Shown: in pieces, positions 14,912 to 29,151 of the stretch | Numbering within the stretch: position 1 is the stretch's first letter | Layout: each line of letters opens with the position of its first letter | Source: Octopus vulgaris | Lineage: Eukaryota | DNA length: 64,000 nucleotides | Direction of reading: 5' to 3' | Assembly (NCBI GenBank): GCA_951406725.2 | Contig: OX597831.1 | Span: 59,954,001 to 60,018,000, forward strand | The notes under the pieces: generated by a model | Database searches by the model: none | Told to the model about the DNA's origin: nothing | Seen by the model: only the letters and a program-made list of their open reading frames with translations | Program-made: the position numbers and the translations under genes

Positions 14912-15627
14912 CTTTCCAACCGAACATGCTTTGGTTTTTCAAGATGAGAAACTTTTCTGCAGAACCTGATAGTGAACTCAGAGAACAAACATTAGCCTGC
15001 CGTATCCACAAAACATTTACCGAGAGTGATAAAAATTAAACATCCAGCCTTCATCGTGTTTGGAGTGATCACAAGTGATGGCGATGTTATGAGTCCATAC
15101 ATCTTCCCACACTCAACAGTGAGACCTACATCAAGTGGGTGGAGGAGATAGTGTTCCCTAGGACAAGAGGGCGTCTGCTTGAAGACGCTATGTCTGGCTG
15201 CAGGAATCTGCACAATGCCTCACAAGCAGGAGAACCACGTCATGGCTGTAAGACAATTTCTGCGACCATACCACCCTTAAAATCTGGCCACCTAATTCCT
15301 CAGACTGCAACTCCCTTGACTATTGTGTGAAGGCCGCAGATTCAGAGTGAGACCAACAATACTCCTTGTAACACCAAAGATAAACTGAAGACAAGGATTA
15401 TGGTTGCATTGACCAAATTAAGCCAGGAGACCGTCCAGAAGGGTTATGGGAGATTATGAAGTTATCTGGAACACGTTACCAACGGTGATTTTATTGAATA
15501 AATTAACTGTGTGTTGTTTCAAGATATTTTTATGTAATTTTGGTAGTAAAAGTATATGCGAAAATGAGATGCCATTATTATTTTCATTTTCGCTTAATTT
15601 AGACTAGACTTTATTCACTGAACTCTG
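14912..15627 (+). mobile_element. Decayed DD37D (maT-like) Tc1/mariner transposase fragment with right terminus
   Basis: QPNMLWFF/DEK (frameshifted), VFGVITSDGDVMSPYIFP, IWPPNS/DCNSLDYCV; homologous to 23744-24543; ends ctctg followed by TA. Confidence 0.8.
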
Positions 15628-16924
15628 TATATATATATATATATATATGTATATAAGAGAGAGAGGAATAGGAATGCATTCGTATTTGTGTGTGTCTGCC
15701 TGTGTGTCTGTGTGTATGTGTCAAGTTGACTATATGTCTAAGCCTGTATATGTCCACGTGGTTGCATAAACTATTTGATTTTGACTTGTTGGAGAGATTT
15801 AGAAGGTATAGAATTTGAAATACGGCTTTATCGCTTGTTTTGCCCTTTAATCCAAATTATTTATCGACTCAACATAGGATATCAATGAAATGATTAAAAG
15901 GAGAAATTTATAACCGAGTTTCCTGTGGTCAACGAAAATATATATATATATATATGTTATGCTCCAGCGTTAGCTCCGACTAATGAGAGAAGCTGAGAAA
16001 AGAGGAAATTTCACGTAATCTACACAAACATACAATTAAATTATTGGACAAAGGAAACATCGAGAGAAAGAAAATAAAAAGAGCGTATGACAATGGAAGA
16101 CAACGTATATAACGTTTGATAGGAAGTGATAGACTCTTAAACATTTATTTCTCATAATTATTTGGAAAGGCCCATAACTTTCCAATAAAGCTATCGCGAT
16201 TTAAGTATATCAATCTAATATGAAACTATCAGTAACAACTTGATACGAAAATTGAATTAATGTTCATTCAAAACTTAATATTAATATTGGTGAAGCCCCA
16301 CTAATAACAGCCAGTAGCAAACAATAAAGTACTTGAAACATATTTAAACTAAATTTCCTGAAGCCACATATCTTTTCTAAGTGTTCCTCAAATTGTTCTA
16401 ATAAATCTTGTTTACGTATTTGTTTAATAAGTTTCACTGAATGCTAATAACTTGAAAAAGAAATATGAAACTGAATGTACTTTGTATTTAGAGATATGCT
16501 TCAAATTTCATGATCATATACAATACGATACCAATTTATCTTCATTATTTAATTATTTGTAATTTTATTTCTGTTTTAATACACTTAAGTTATAGAAATA
16601 TTACTAAATAATATAAGCTGCAAGTTTAACGAAAAGTGGCAAATTTTATTCATAAGGACCTCAATATTTTTGTCGTAAATTTCTCAACTTGTAGTATTTG
16701 AACACGTTTTATTAAACGATTACTGTATATAATAAAATGTTCCTTCGTAGATATAAAAAGTATTATTCATGTACATTTTTATCATAATCAAAATTATCAT
16801 CAAGGATTATAGCTCACCACATCGAGCGGTATGGAACGCATAGGATTATTTGGTATAAGCAATCCCATAAATAGACTACTCATCAGATGAATCAAGTTGG
16901 TATCAAATGTGGAACAGATTTGAA

Positions 16925-16927
<3 letters not shown>

Positions 16928-17014
<87 letters not shown>

Positions 17015-17019
17015 TATAC

Positions 17020-17052
<33 letters not shown>

Positions 17053-17097
17053 CCTGTAAATATAAATATATGTATATATGTATATATGTATATTTAT
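16928..17097. repeat. (TA)n(TG)n microsatellite
   Basis: Directly visible. Confidence 0.95.
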
Positions 17098-18002
17098 GAA
17101 AAACAAGAAAGAAAACGCTACTTACTTAAAATTGGGTACATTTTAATTTTCCTTTTATATGAATGCTTTTACTTGTTTCGGCTTTTGAAAAACCTTATCA
17201 AAAATATGTACTAAAATGGAATATGTAGAGAGAAAAGAGCTATTAATAAAGTTAAATTACATTTGAAATAAAGGTTAAGAGTCGTAGTTTAGTTTGATTT
17301 TTCCTGCAGAGCACGTGGTAATAACAGTGAGATTTGGTAGCATGACAAGCTGAACTGACTGTCACCGCAATTTGCTACTATCTGTTTTAGTAAATTAAAT
17401 AGTATGGTCAAGACTTGTTTTCTTAGGAATGGCTGCAGCAGTCGAATAACTAGCAGCAGTAATAATAATATTCGTCGTGTTGAAGTTGTTCCCTTTGTGC
17501 TGTGTATAATAACAAAATTATTCGAGCAATGGATGGCGGCCATGATCCATCTATCCTTCACACGTTTTGCGCGCGAAATAGACGCCTTAGTAACTACACT
17601 TTAACATCAAGTACTTCTTTTATCGTGTGTCACTTTCAAATGGTTATGTTGCCGGGATTTATGCTAACTAAAATCGTTTCTCAAGAGATGATGTAGGAAC
17701 AATCACAAAGTGCACACACACTCGCGCCCGATAGCACACAAACATATGAAATTAATTAGATTGAAAGGGAATAGGATATTATATAATGAATTACATTAGC
17801 GTCCAGTGCTTTCTAATATAAGATGCAGTGCATCTTGATCTTACTGCCAGTGCATTATCTAATATCTTCATTAGTGCTTCTAAAATCAATCTCAAGTGCA
17901 TTTGGTTGCGCATATGCACGTAAGAACGAGCTCGGCGGCTATGATATTGAAAATTATTCATTTTGAAGAATAAAAGCCACGTACGGAAATATTCTTTTAT
18001 TT

Positions 18003-18418
18003 TTTTTACTTGTTTCAGCCATCTGACTGTGGCCACGTTAGAGCACCGTCTTAAAGAGTTTTAATCGAAAAAATTGCCCCTACAACTTATTATTTGTAAG
18101 CGTAGTACTTAATTTATCACCCGCTTCTGCCTAACCGCTAGGTTACGGGGACGTGAGCCTTCAAACATCTGTTGTTAAGCGATGGTGGTGGGATTCAGAC
18201 ACAAACATACACACACACACACACGCACACACATATTTATATATATATATACGACGGGATTCTTGAAGATTCCGCCTACCAAATCCACTCACAAAGCTTT
18301 GGTTTGTTCGAGGCTCAAGTAACACAAACTTGCCAAAGATACCACACAGTGGGACTGAACCCGGAAGCATGTGCTTGGGAAGTAAGTTTCTAACCACATT
18401 TCCACACAATCACTCCTG
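18003..18418 (-). mobile_element. tRNA-derived SINE with internal (CA)/(TA) microsatellite
   Basis: Minus strand has head gtggttagaaacttacttcccaagcacatgcttccgggttcagtcccac (A/B-box-like) and tail ggtgctctaacgtggccacagtcagatggctgaaacaagtaaaa; several paralogues in the window. Confidence 0.85.
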
Positions 18419-18742
18419 AGCCTTGTCTATTTAAATAATCTAATATATTAATTCATATATACTTATATGCCACAAAGAAAAACGACCAAACAGAGCTCCG
18501 TGTCTATGTGTTCAGTCCTGGCCACCTACCGAAGACGCAGCGCCAGATGCAGATTGAAATTATTGTATTTCAATCTGCATTTAAGTCTGCAGAAACCTTG
18601 CATGTCTAGGATTAAAGTAAAAGTTTATATTTTTCAATCACTTTCGGAATTACAGCAATTAGTGGCTTGGAGTTTAACTGCTCTTTCTAGTGAGTCAGAT
18701 ATCCTATCTGTGTTTGAAGGTACATTGTATTCTTCTCTGAAG

Positions 18743-18809
<67 letters not shown>

Positions 18810-18814
18810 TTATA

Positions 18815-18860
<46 letters not shown>

Positions 18861-18873
18861 CATACATACACAT

Positions 18874-18922
<49 letters not shown>
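18743..18922. repeat. Compound (TA)/(TG) microsatellite
   Basis: Directly visible. Confidence 0.95.
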
Positions 18923-18926
<4 letters not shown>

Positions 18927-19074
18927 AGTAGTTGAATGAATTATCTTAGTATGGATAATTCGGTTAACCGATACCTGGGTAGCAAATTCACGTCAGAAAA
19001 ACACGGTTGAAGCTACATGCCAAGGGCAGAGATCACGTGCTTTCGTGTGGAAATTTGTGAGTTTTTTAATTCAA

Positions 19075-19780
19075 ATAAATGAAAGAATGGAGTTGAACGA
19101 CGATTTAACAAAATTCCTTTATTCTCTACATATGTTTCGAAGGCTGCATATTCCTAATTACGAAGGAAAAAGGGGTGCATTATGCCGCCTTCTCATCAGG
19201 AAAAACAAGGAATTATGTCAGCATCAAGATGAACGAAAACTATTATATGACTGCCCACACGGAGCCCATAGCGATAAGGAGTGTTTCTTTAAAATATTCC
19301 GTTATAAGCAGTGACGTCAAAAATGATTGAATGTAGAAGATTCTAGAAAGTTCAAGGGTTCAAACTAGGTTGGAGGAAAGCGGTCTAAGAATAGGAAGGT
19401 GACAGGATGCAAGTCATATGAATGGTGATTTGTTGTTGTTTTCTTTTGTGATTGAGTGCCTATGTGTGTGTATGTATATAACTGCATTCGCGTCTATGTG
19501 TGTGTATGTGTGTGCGTGATTGTGTGTGTGGTTGGGTAGATGCCAAAAACAAACAGTGGTGAAGTGAAAGGTTTGTGTCTGTGTGTTTGATTGTGCTTAC
19601 GATAGAGTGAAGGAGAGAGAGGGAGAGGAGGGTGAGGTAGAGAGACAAAGGTAAAACATACCTCAATGAATTGAGGCATAATGCACCCCTTATTCCTTCG
19701 TAATTAGGAATATGCAGCCTTCGAAACATATGTCGAGAATAAAGGAATTTTGTTAAATCGTCGTTCAACTCCATTCTTTC

Positions 19781-19786
<6 letters not shown>
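19075..19786. mobile_element. Non-coding PLE-LTR-like element with ~112 bp inverted terminal segments, abutting (TA)n
   Basis: 19075-19186 and 19675-19786 are near-perfect reverse complements (the same peptide MELNDDLTKFLYS appears in ORFs on both strands); the element carries a hammerhead. Confidence 0.75.
19122..19204 (-). ncRNA. Type I hammerhead ribozyme
   Basis: Minus strand: UUUUC-CUGAUGA-GAAGGCGGCAUA...UAUGCAGCCUUC-GAAAC-AUAU-GUA-GAGAA. Intact core, 12-bp stem II with one mismatch, palindromic stem III and stem I UUUUC/GAGAA. Confidence 0.85.
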
Positions 19787-19836
<50 letters not shown>

Positions 19837-20940
19837 CTTGTAAATTATCTATTCAGGTACTTTCTGAGAGGGACAGAATAATAGATAGATACAGGTACAA
19901 ACCTTATGACAAATATTTCATAACTTGCAAATTTGCAAATAATTTGAGTTAAAATCTACGATAAATATAATAAAGTGCACTTTTATTTTTTTACTTTGCG
20001 AAGTGTTAGAAAAGCGAATTGTGAAATGGATATGTATACATGGAAAACATAAGATTCTCCGTAACATACATATATGCATACAGCCATGTGTTTACTGGCA
20101 CACTTAAGCGAATACTTAAACGAATGTCTATCTCAATACATCTGTATCCAAGATTTGTTTGTGTGTATTTATGCTCGCCTGTTTTTGTTTGAGTGTTTAT
20201 GGCAGTTAAGCATTTTAAGCATAAAACATTTTCATTCTATTTCAAAATATGTCTACTAGATACTTGATACACACAAACATTAACACGAAAAACGCACAAA
20301 CACTTCTAGTTTACCAAATATATACTTATAAAACATTAATATTAGCAAGCATATTATGATATTCTGATAAGCTTTTGTATATATGTTTTTTTATGGAAAT
20401 CATTCGATAAGAATTGGTATCCATGAATAATAAGAAGGAATAATAAATATTTGCAATAAATATATAGAAATTCAACAAATTATATTTACAAGAAGCAAAC
20501 AATTGAGATATCTCATTTTTGTTCAATTCTACTTAGTTTTTCTTCCTGAAATAATTTTTTTTTCTAAGGTACGAAAAATTCTATTGTGAAATTGTGAAAA
20601 ATCAAATGTATATTATTTATTCACAGCACGTTTAAAAACGTGATATAAAATGAATAGAATTTGTAAAACCGTAGAAAAATATAGAAGCTCAGACAATAAA
20701 TTGCCTTATGAATAACAATATTTAATTAAATATATACGTCGAAACGATGGTGATATTTAGCCGACAACTGACGAACAATTGAGCATCTTTCTTTTCGTTT
20801 ATAGTATTTATTCATTGTAGAGTTAATACTTCGTTTCTTTACTTTCCGTACCATTTCAATATGTATTTATATACATTAATATGTACAAACATACTCAGGT
20901 ATATGCACATGTCTCTATATATAAATATATACATATATAT

Positions 20941-20973
<33 letters not shown>

Positions 20974-23743
20974 TACATATATATGCTAAATAAAAGACGG
21001 AATATGGAATATGCGAAACTTCTTTTTTTATTAATCATGACAATTGTTTTGACACTTCCAGCATCAATACCTCACGGGCGAAACATTTATCAACTGGTTC
21101 AAGAGCGCCCATAGGGACCGATGTGTCTAATCGGGTGATAAATAGCTACAACTCGTTAAAATAACATTTCCTCAAGCAATGTAACTTCTCATTTTGTAGA
21201 GAGAAAAGCAACAAAACGAAGGCAATATCTTCATTTATACAGAAGATTAAAAAAATAAAATCATAGATGCAAAAATGACACGAACGCGCAACACAGAAAG
21301 ATAAGTGTTAAAAATAAACATTAGCATATAGGGGTGTATAAACGTCCTCGCGCAGGCTGCATGGTGCGTGTACAGTCACTGATACAAGCATCCGGGAACT
21401 TGTAAGCATTAGCATACGTGTGGTTTAGTGCACTCACGATCACAAATCGAGTTAATTAGCTACTTGATGTTTATAAAAATAGGCGGTTAAACCTAAACGA
21501 AATCTATCTTTAACTTAAAGTAAATAATGTTAACAATTACTCAAATTCAGCCATAGTTTATATATACTAAACTATAAGATTGTATAATACACACAGTTAC
21601 TAAAACCAACCAAGGTATAATTTTTCTGGTTTGGTGCCTACTCACAGGGGAGAATTCACTAGCTATTTTCTTTCCACTATTTGCTCATCTACACATATTT
21701 GCACTGTTTTTGGTTCCAAATGAACTCGATCATTATTATTTTGAGTTTCAATAATGTACATTAGATTATAATGGTTATAGAAGACTTTTCAATAGTTTAT
21801 ATTCATCTGACAAGTGTACGATTATATCTCTTCTATTCGACAAAATATTCCTCTAGTTAGAATTCGCCATCAGCGTAAATTTATAAAGTTCATCATGGAA
21901 TAATTCAGCCATACGTCGCTGTAACTTGTGAGTATGTCCAGCGTCCGTCTTCACTTTGTATGTTTTAGCTGTTCTGGAGAGGATCTCCTCGGGGAATGAG
22001 ACACATTTTCAGCTCTTCGCATTTCGTGCCGTATGCAACATAGTCAAAATATTGATTTAATTACAACTCCTAAATTTCGCTACCACATGGTGCTTTTAGT
22101 TGTGAAAGGGAGATACACTACCTGGTCTATGATATCAGAGAATAAGCAAGAGATAGCTTTAATCGCTATTTCGAGAAATAGGATACCTTGTCTACGGATG
22201 GATGATGATAAATGTTGCTAGTTTCTTATCCACTACTCTTTAGTTCTTGTGTTTTTTAAAAACTTTTTGAAGATTCTATGATAAAAAGCGGTTAAATAAA
22301 CCTTATTCCACAGGTTGTCTAGAGAAGCCCTTTTGGGAACCGCATGCACCCTACCCATCTTTAGTTACCTTAGCTGAATACAGTTTTGGATTGGTCTGAT
22401 ATTTTCAGAGTTCGTTATGAATTCAAAGTCACGATGAACAGGGGTACCTTCTGACAATATATTTTTACTGGCGCCTATTGACCCCATATTTTCATATATA
22501 AAAGGTAGCTTCATCCTACACAAAGACAGCGATAAAAATGGGACAAATCATAACCACAAAACTGCGAGTACCACGTATTAAATCCTTTGTATTTTTTACT
22601 CCCAAAACTGGGTCACTATTATATTGCTCATCTTTGCCTTAATATCATGTTTTTAGATATAATCAATCCCTAGGTGTTGTTAGTGTTATCCATCAGTATG
22701 TTCTGCGCTTCTCCAACTTATCAGAAAGCATTCCTTTCAGCTATCATTTTTGGGGCATTTGGACATTCCCCTGAAATTTAGAAAACAGAGCTGAATTTTT
22801 TTTCTCATTGGTGTAGCAAGCCATTAATGTGATAGTGTTTCAGTGAAAAATATCTTCCTAGAATTGCCTTCCCCTACAGGAAAACAGGTAGATTCATATA
22901 CATCATCCTGTGTATTACAGTAGAAAAATATTCTTTTACGAGGAGAAATAACCGCATTATTTTTTCCTTTGTCAAGCATATCGTCTGCCAGTGCTATTGT
23001 TGGTTTTCCAACATTTACAGTCGAGGTTCTCCAATTAATATTTTTGTTCGTTTTCTAAATACACGTGATCAATATTAACGCTTAATGTGCAATTCATTTA
23101 CTATTATCTTTTATTCTATTATATTCATGAAATGTAATACAGAGGGCGTTGTCAATATTATTTGTGTGAGGCGTGGTTTTGAACTTCCATACTGATTTCC
23201 GTGTCTATATGTGGACATTAGAAAGTCGAACGAACATTACCTTAATAAATACTAAACCTGTTTTTAATGAAAGTCCAAAATGTTCTTTATGGCTAGATTC
23301 CAAGCTTTCCTATATGATAAATGAATTTAACATTATGAAAAGCACTAAAGTAATTTGGCTTTGAGGGACGTATAAATAAACCACATCATAAAACGTCAGA
23401 TGTGGATATCAACAGAAACATTAAATAACAACAGCCGCCTCAACTTGAACAACAACGAAAACAACGGCACCATCTGCAATAACACCACCGACAGCCGTAA
23501 CCACAACAATTGCTGACAGTAATAGAAGCAATAAAATCAAACTTTACAAATAATAATAATGTGTTGCTTAATTTTCATCATCGGTCACTTTCATATATTT
23601 AATAAATATTTATACAACGGCTTGCAATGCGGCTGGTAATGCTCAACCAAAGATACATACATACATGCATAAACACACAAATTCGGGCGCAAGCTCACAC
23701 ACATACGCGCACAAGCATACGTACACATACACACGCAAATATA

Positions 23744-24540
23744 CAGGCGGTGGTGAATATATTGTCGTCTGAATTACGCAAAATGAAAAAACTGACATTT
23801 CATTTTAAGAGATGTGTTTTCCAAAACTACATAAATGCGTCTTCAAATAATAAAGAGTAATTTTTTCCATAATATCGCCTTAGTCTTCAACCACAACATC
23901 CAGGCTAGTTCGAGCTCTCCTGCAGCTTTTCTGAAAATTGTCCTTTTTTAAGTTGGTAAATGCTCCCATAATACTTGCCTACAGTTCATATTTGCTGTTA
24001 CAAGGAGTTCTGTGGGTATCTCGCTAAACTGCGCCCCACATAATAATCAATGAGATTGCAGTCAGGGGTGTTAGGTACCCAAATGTTACAGGTACGGTGG
24101 TCGCAGAATGTTTCTGACAGCTTTGACTGGATTCTCCTTCTTGTGTGGCATGGTGCAGAGTCGTGTTGCCAGACACAGGTTCTTCCAACAGCCACCTTTT
24201 GAACCAGGACAGCAGTACCACCCTCAGGCACTTGATGTAGGCCTCTGTGTTGAGTGTGAGGCGGTGTGGGAAGATGAATGGAGGCAAGACGTCGCTATCA
24301 CTTGTAATCACTCCAAACTCCATGATGTTTATAGGATGTTTGATTTTCCTCACACTCGGTGCATTTCCGGAGATTGGCAAGCAGTACAGCATGCCATTTT
24401 GAAATTGCGTCGTGGTGTTGTTTTTTCTCAGACACAGTGTCCATCTAACCGTACACAATTATGTAGCCAACAAAATCAAACAACGCGCATGCGCGAAATT
24501 AGAAGTTTAAAGTGGCGGCAATGCATTTGCCCATTGTACC

Positions 24541-24543
<3 letters not shown>
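23744..24543 (-). mobile_element. Internally deleted DD37D (maT-like) transposon with degenerate TIRs and TA flanks
   Basis: FGVITSDSDVLPPFIFP...; WQHDSAPCH...WVPNTPDCNLID has 37 residues between the last two catalytic Asp. Ends are TA-CAGGCGGTGG... and ...CCCTG-TA. Confidence 0.88.
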
Positions 24544-24574
<31 letters not shown>

Positions 24575-24824
24575 CGTTGCTATTACGAAAAATTGTCGTA
24601 GGTTCAAAACGTTGCTATTTAAGAAAACGAATAAATAGTTTCACCATTCCTTACGAAAAGCATTGTTCTAAACTGTGACAATCTTTGATATCTTGATATC
24701 TGAAGCAGCTGGAGATACGATAGTTTGACTAAAAGCACCGGCTATTAATAGCAAAAGTAGACATTGAAAAAAAATCATATTTGCCAAATTTCTACATACG
24801 ACATTTTAACATAATAGTAACGAT

Positions 24825-24827
<3 letters not shown>

Positions 24828-24862
<35 letters not shown>

Positions 24863-24898
24863 TGTGTGTGTGTGTGTGTATGTGTACGTATATATATA

Positions 24899-24957
<59 letters not shown>
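24828..24957. repeat. (TA)n/(TG)n microsatellite
   Basis: Directly visible. Confidence 0.95.
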
Positions 24958-24961
<4 letters not shown>

Positions 24962-26112
24962 GCAAGGAATAAACTTTAATTGTTTGAAAGCCTATGAAGT
25001 GAACGGTTTCTCACTATTACTTTGAATCCGATATTGGACACCATCATATCTGCACCAATGTCTTGGCTACGAAACAAATGAAAACAGACAATTCGTCAGT
25101 GCCGTATTACAAACAATTCAAACAAAACTGTTTTTGTTTTTGATAACTGAGTTTTTGAAGTTTAGATCAGATATATCTTAGTAACACTTCCTGAGAAAAC
25201 ATTTAGGAAAAAATCGAAAGAAAATTCAAGCTGGATTGCTTGGCAGGAATACATAGTTGTCGACAATTGTTACTGATGTCGATTAAGTTGAGCTGCTAAT
25301 ACAATGTTTAAAAATAATTGTCCTTCTCCGACTGTATTGTAAACCACGTGCTTCAAATATTTTATGGCATACATGGAACGGCCCCGTGTAGAAAATTCAG
25401 CAAGACGTCCTTATAATTTTCTCACTATTGATTTTGTTATCAACAAAAATGTATTTACTGTTATGGATGCATTTCTTGTTTGTACTGTTGACTTTTGTCA
25501 ATGCTTTATTTTTGTTATCTGCTACTGACCCACTAAATCGGGGTTTATTTATACGATCCTGTAAGCGAAATACTTTTAGCACATTAAGTAAACATGTTTT
25601 GAACAGCCATCAGAGAAATGTGCTAATTTCGATATAAAATTCCATGGTTTCGTTTCCGTTCGAGCTTTTACTGATTCATGCTGGCTTTAGCAATACAGTT
25701 TGCTAAAATTGTGAATTACTTCTGTACACCTGAGCCACTTAAAACCATTAAACATCAGATACACACTTATACTCAAGGTTATGGATATATACAAATAATG
25801 CTTAAAAGAAATAGGTAGATGTTTTTGAAAACTAAGCAAATAGAAAAATCAAACAGTGATGAACTGAATGAAACTGTTATATCGCACGTTCGGATGCCTC
25901 CCACTCAACTCTACTCTCGTTACGACTGCTACACTTTCCCCTACCGACGTCTAGACGTTTCCCTCTATATCTACGTTTTGGGCTAACCTACTTCATCGTC
26001 TGGGGGCGTCCACACTACAGAGACAAAGCTGTCGTCATAACAAGAAAGTAAATAATGAATTAATTTACTAAAATGCAAATGAAAAGGCTGTATCAAGATA
26101 TCCAACATGAGA

Positions 26113-26289
26113 TTAATATTGGTTTCAAATTTTCACACAAGGCTAGCAATTTCAGTGACGGGCAATTTGATTACTTTGACCCCAGTACTCAACTGGTACT
26201 TATTTCCTCAACTGCAAAATGATGAAATCAAAGTCTACCGCGGCAACATTTGAACGCTGAGCGTAAAAATTGATGAAATGCCGGTAAGC

Positions 26290-26291
<2 letters not shown>
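26113..26291 (-). mobile_element. Degenerate SINE (family of 42054-42286)
   Basis: gaccccagtactcaactggtacttattt...gatgaaatcaaagtctaccgcggcaacatttgaac is the reverse complement of the family core. Confidence 0.75.
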
Positions 26292-26360
<69 letters not shown>

Positions 26361-26365
26361 TATAC

Positions 26366-26445
26366 ATAAAGTGCGAGAGAGACGCACAACACGGACTGAC
26401 ATATATATATACATATCAGTCCGTGTGTGTGCGTCTCTCTCGCAC

Positions 26446-26450
<5 letters not shown>
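26366..26450. repeat. Inverted repeat (~34 bp arms) with TA loop, embedded in (TA)n
   Basis: gtgcgagagagacgcacaacacggactga / tcagtccgtgtgtgtgcgtctctctcgcac. Confidence 0.9.
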
Positions 26451-26522
<72 letters not shown>

Positions 26523-27141
26523 GAGACATTATATTTATATATGTGTGTGTATGTCTGTTAGTGTTTGTGTGTGTGCTTGAGTGAGTATGTGCATATGTAT
26601 ATGAGATGTGATTCTTTTTGTTCACTTGTGATCTAAACGAAAAAGTACTATAGTTGGTCGACTGTTAGGTTCCAGGTTCACAACTAGGTCTGGTCATATT
26701 ACGATCGGGATAAATCGTTAAACTAGCTGTGTTTTAAGAATATAAACATAGGGAAACTGGTAACAGCATGTCACCTCCCTAAGAAAGGTAAGCACATTCT
26801 GTATCACCTATTCTTACAAATATTTTCTCATGCCTTCAAACCTAATCCAATTCATTGACCCTAACAAAACATCCGTAACAAATATTTTGTAAGCATTTTC
26901 TCCAATGAACATTCACGATTCGCTTGATACATCCGAGAATATTGTAGAAAACGAATCTGTTTAAGTGACTTTAATTTGAATGAGAACGTCCTAAATAAAT
27001 CTACCGGCATATAAGTTCTTTCATGGAGTAAAGTCTATTCCAAACGTTGCAAGATATCTGAACTGATGGGGTAGTCAGTACAATCGTGCGATTAAAAATG
27101 ATGCATCACAATTTTGTTTTAGACATACCTTCCTAAATATC

Positions 27142-27617
27142 TTTTATCTTTCAATTTGCTTCTGTCATTTGACTATGGCCATGCTGGGACACAGTATTAA
27201 ATGGCTTTTTTAGCCAAACAAATAGACCCTAGGACATATATATTTTTAAGTGTGGTACATATTCTATCGGTCTTTATACCGAACCTCTAAGTTACGGGGA
27301 CATAAAGACACCAGTACAGGTTCTCAATCGGTTGAGGAAAACAATCATAGACACAAAGGCACACACACACGCACGCATAGAGTCGCGCGCGCGTACACGC
27401 TCAAACACAAACACACACTCACTTTCTCTCTCTCTCTCTCTCTCTCTCACTCTCTCACACACACACACATACGAAGTGCTACGTTTAGTTTCTGTCTGCC
27501 AAATCTACTTACGAAGGTTTTGTACCGAAGCCATATTAGAGGACATACCGATAGTGAGACACAGTGGGATCCATATGGTTATGAAGAAGGCTTCTTACCA
27601 CACAGACATGTCTGCAC
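27142..27617 (-). mobile_element. tRNA-derived SINE (family of 18003-18418), degenerate
   Basis: Tail gtcatttgactatggccatgctgg, ctaagttacgggga, internal CA/CT tract, head ggcttcttaccacacag. Confidence 0.8.
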
Positions 27618-27975
27618 CTCATCGTAAAATATTTATGAAATGCTTCTACGAATACCAATTGACGACTTTACCGCTATTCGTTCTTATGTACTTTACTCAT
27701 AGACAGGCGTTGAACAAATACTGCCAAGATGATTCGCGCCACACATGCACTGACATTATAAATAATATATTCGTATGTATCGTTAAGTTGAATGAGATAC
27801 ATTTCTTCAGTAGTATATCCCTAAATTTACTAAATATATATTGAAAACAATACAGCAATACCCAGCTGAAAACTTAATATTGCGTAGGCTATCTCTAAAC
27901 GTCATTCACTCGTCATAACCAGAAACCAAATCTAAATAAAGAAGTACTTAAAAATAAAAGTGAGCACAATATCAG

Positions 27976-27990
27976 AATAATAATAATAAT

Positions 27991-28062
<72 letters not shown>
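27976..28062. repeat. (AAT)n microsatellite
   Basis: Directly visible. Confidence 0.97.
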
Positions 28063-28063
<1 letters not shown>

Positions 28064-28865
28064 GTTCTAATACTAGAAACAGAATAAAACACACACAAGC
28101 ACAAACAGACACAGAAACACACACAAACTCACATAGATAATATGTAAATTCATATAAGTGCTGGTGTAAGCACACGGATGTGTGTGTGTAAATGTGTGCG
28201 TCCTGTATATTCAGATGGTCCTGTCTGTCAGTGGGTACGTACAATTACACACACATACACACACGCACATATACACATACCCATACACTGACCCAAACAC
28301 ACACACATACATATTAAAAAGTTTTTAGCGAAGAATATTTCAAATATTTTCTGCAAAATATACTTATCAATCTGTAGCAAAACGTTACATCTATTTCAGA
28401 TTGTAAAGACAAAAATAGCTTAGAAGGAATATAAAATTTCCAACGCGCACGTCATTTTATTCTGACAGAATTATGAAGTTATGTTGAAAACTGCACTGTC
28501 ACACCTGGACTTTATTATTACCCAACCCGTAAATAAGTACTGACATGATACAGTGCAAAACATCCCGAGAGTGTTCTAAATTTCGTACGTCACACACAGG
28601 GTGTATATATTTAAATTATTCTGAAGTATTATAGTTCCTCACTATTTTCGTTACGTGGTTGTTTATACAAGCACGACGAGTTGTTCATTTTGTAAGTGAG
28701 AAAATCACATCAAAAAGGTTATAAAATTTGCCAAAATTTTATTGTGTGTGTGTGAATGTGTGTGTGTGTGTGTGTGTGTGTTGGTATATGTATGTGTGCG
28801 TGTGATCGTGTTTGTGTTTGTGTAGAATTATACGTATCAATTCAGGCTCATTCATTACTTCCTAC

Positions 28866-29151
<286 letters not shown>

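Noticed and set aside
14450-15039. Long ORFs of 165-187 aa with poly-I, poly-N and poly-D
   Set aside because: Translations of the (AAT)/(GAT) microsatellite; the same applies to the many YIYI, CVCV and HTHT ORFs across the window
21900-22620. Faint Tc1-like words on the minus strand (DEATFY, VHA/GSQKGF)
   Set aside because: Too few and too degenerate to call without a profile search
26739-26793. Candidate 49-nt exon (ttttaag...AAG/GTAAGC; NINIGKLVTACHLPKK)
   Set aside because: Short, with no partner exons found; expected by chance in 64 kb
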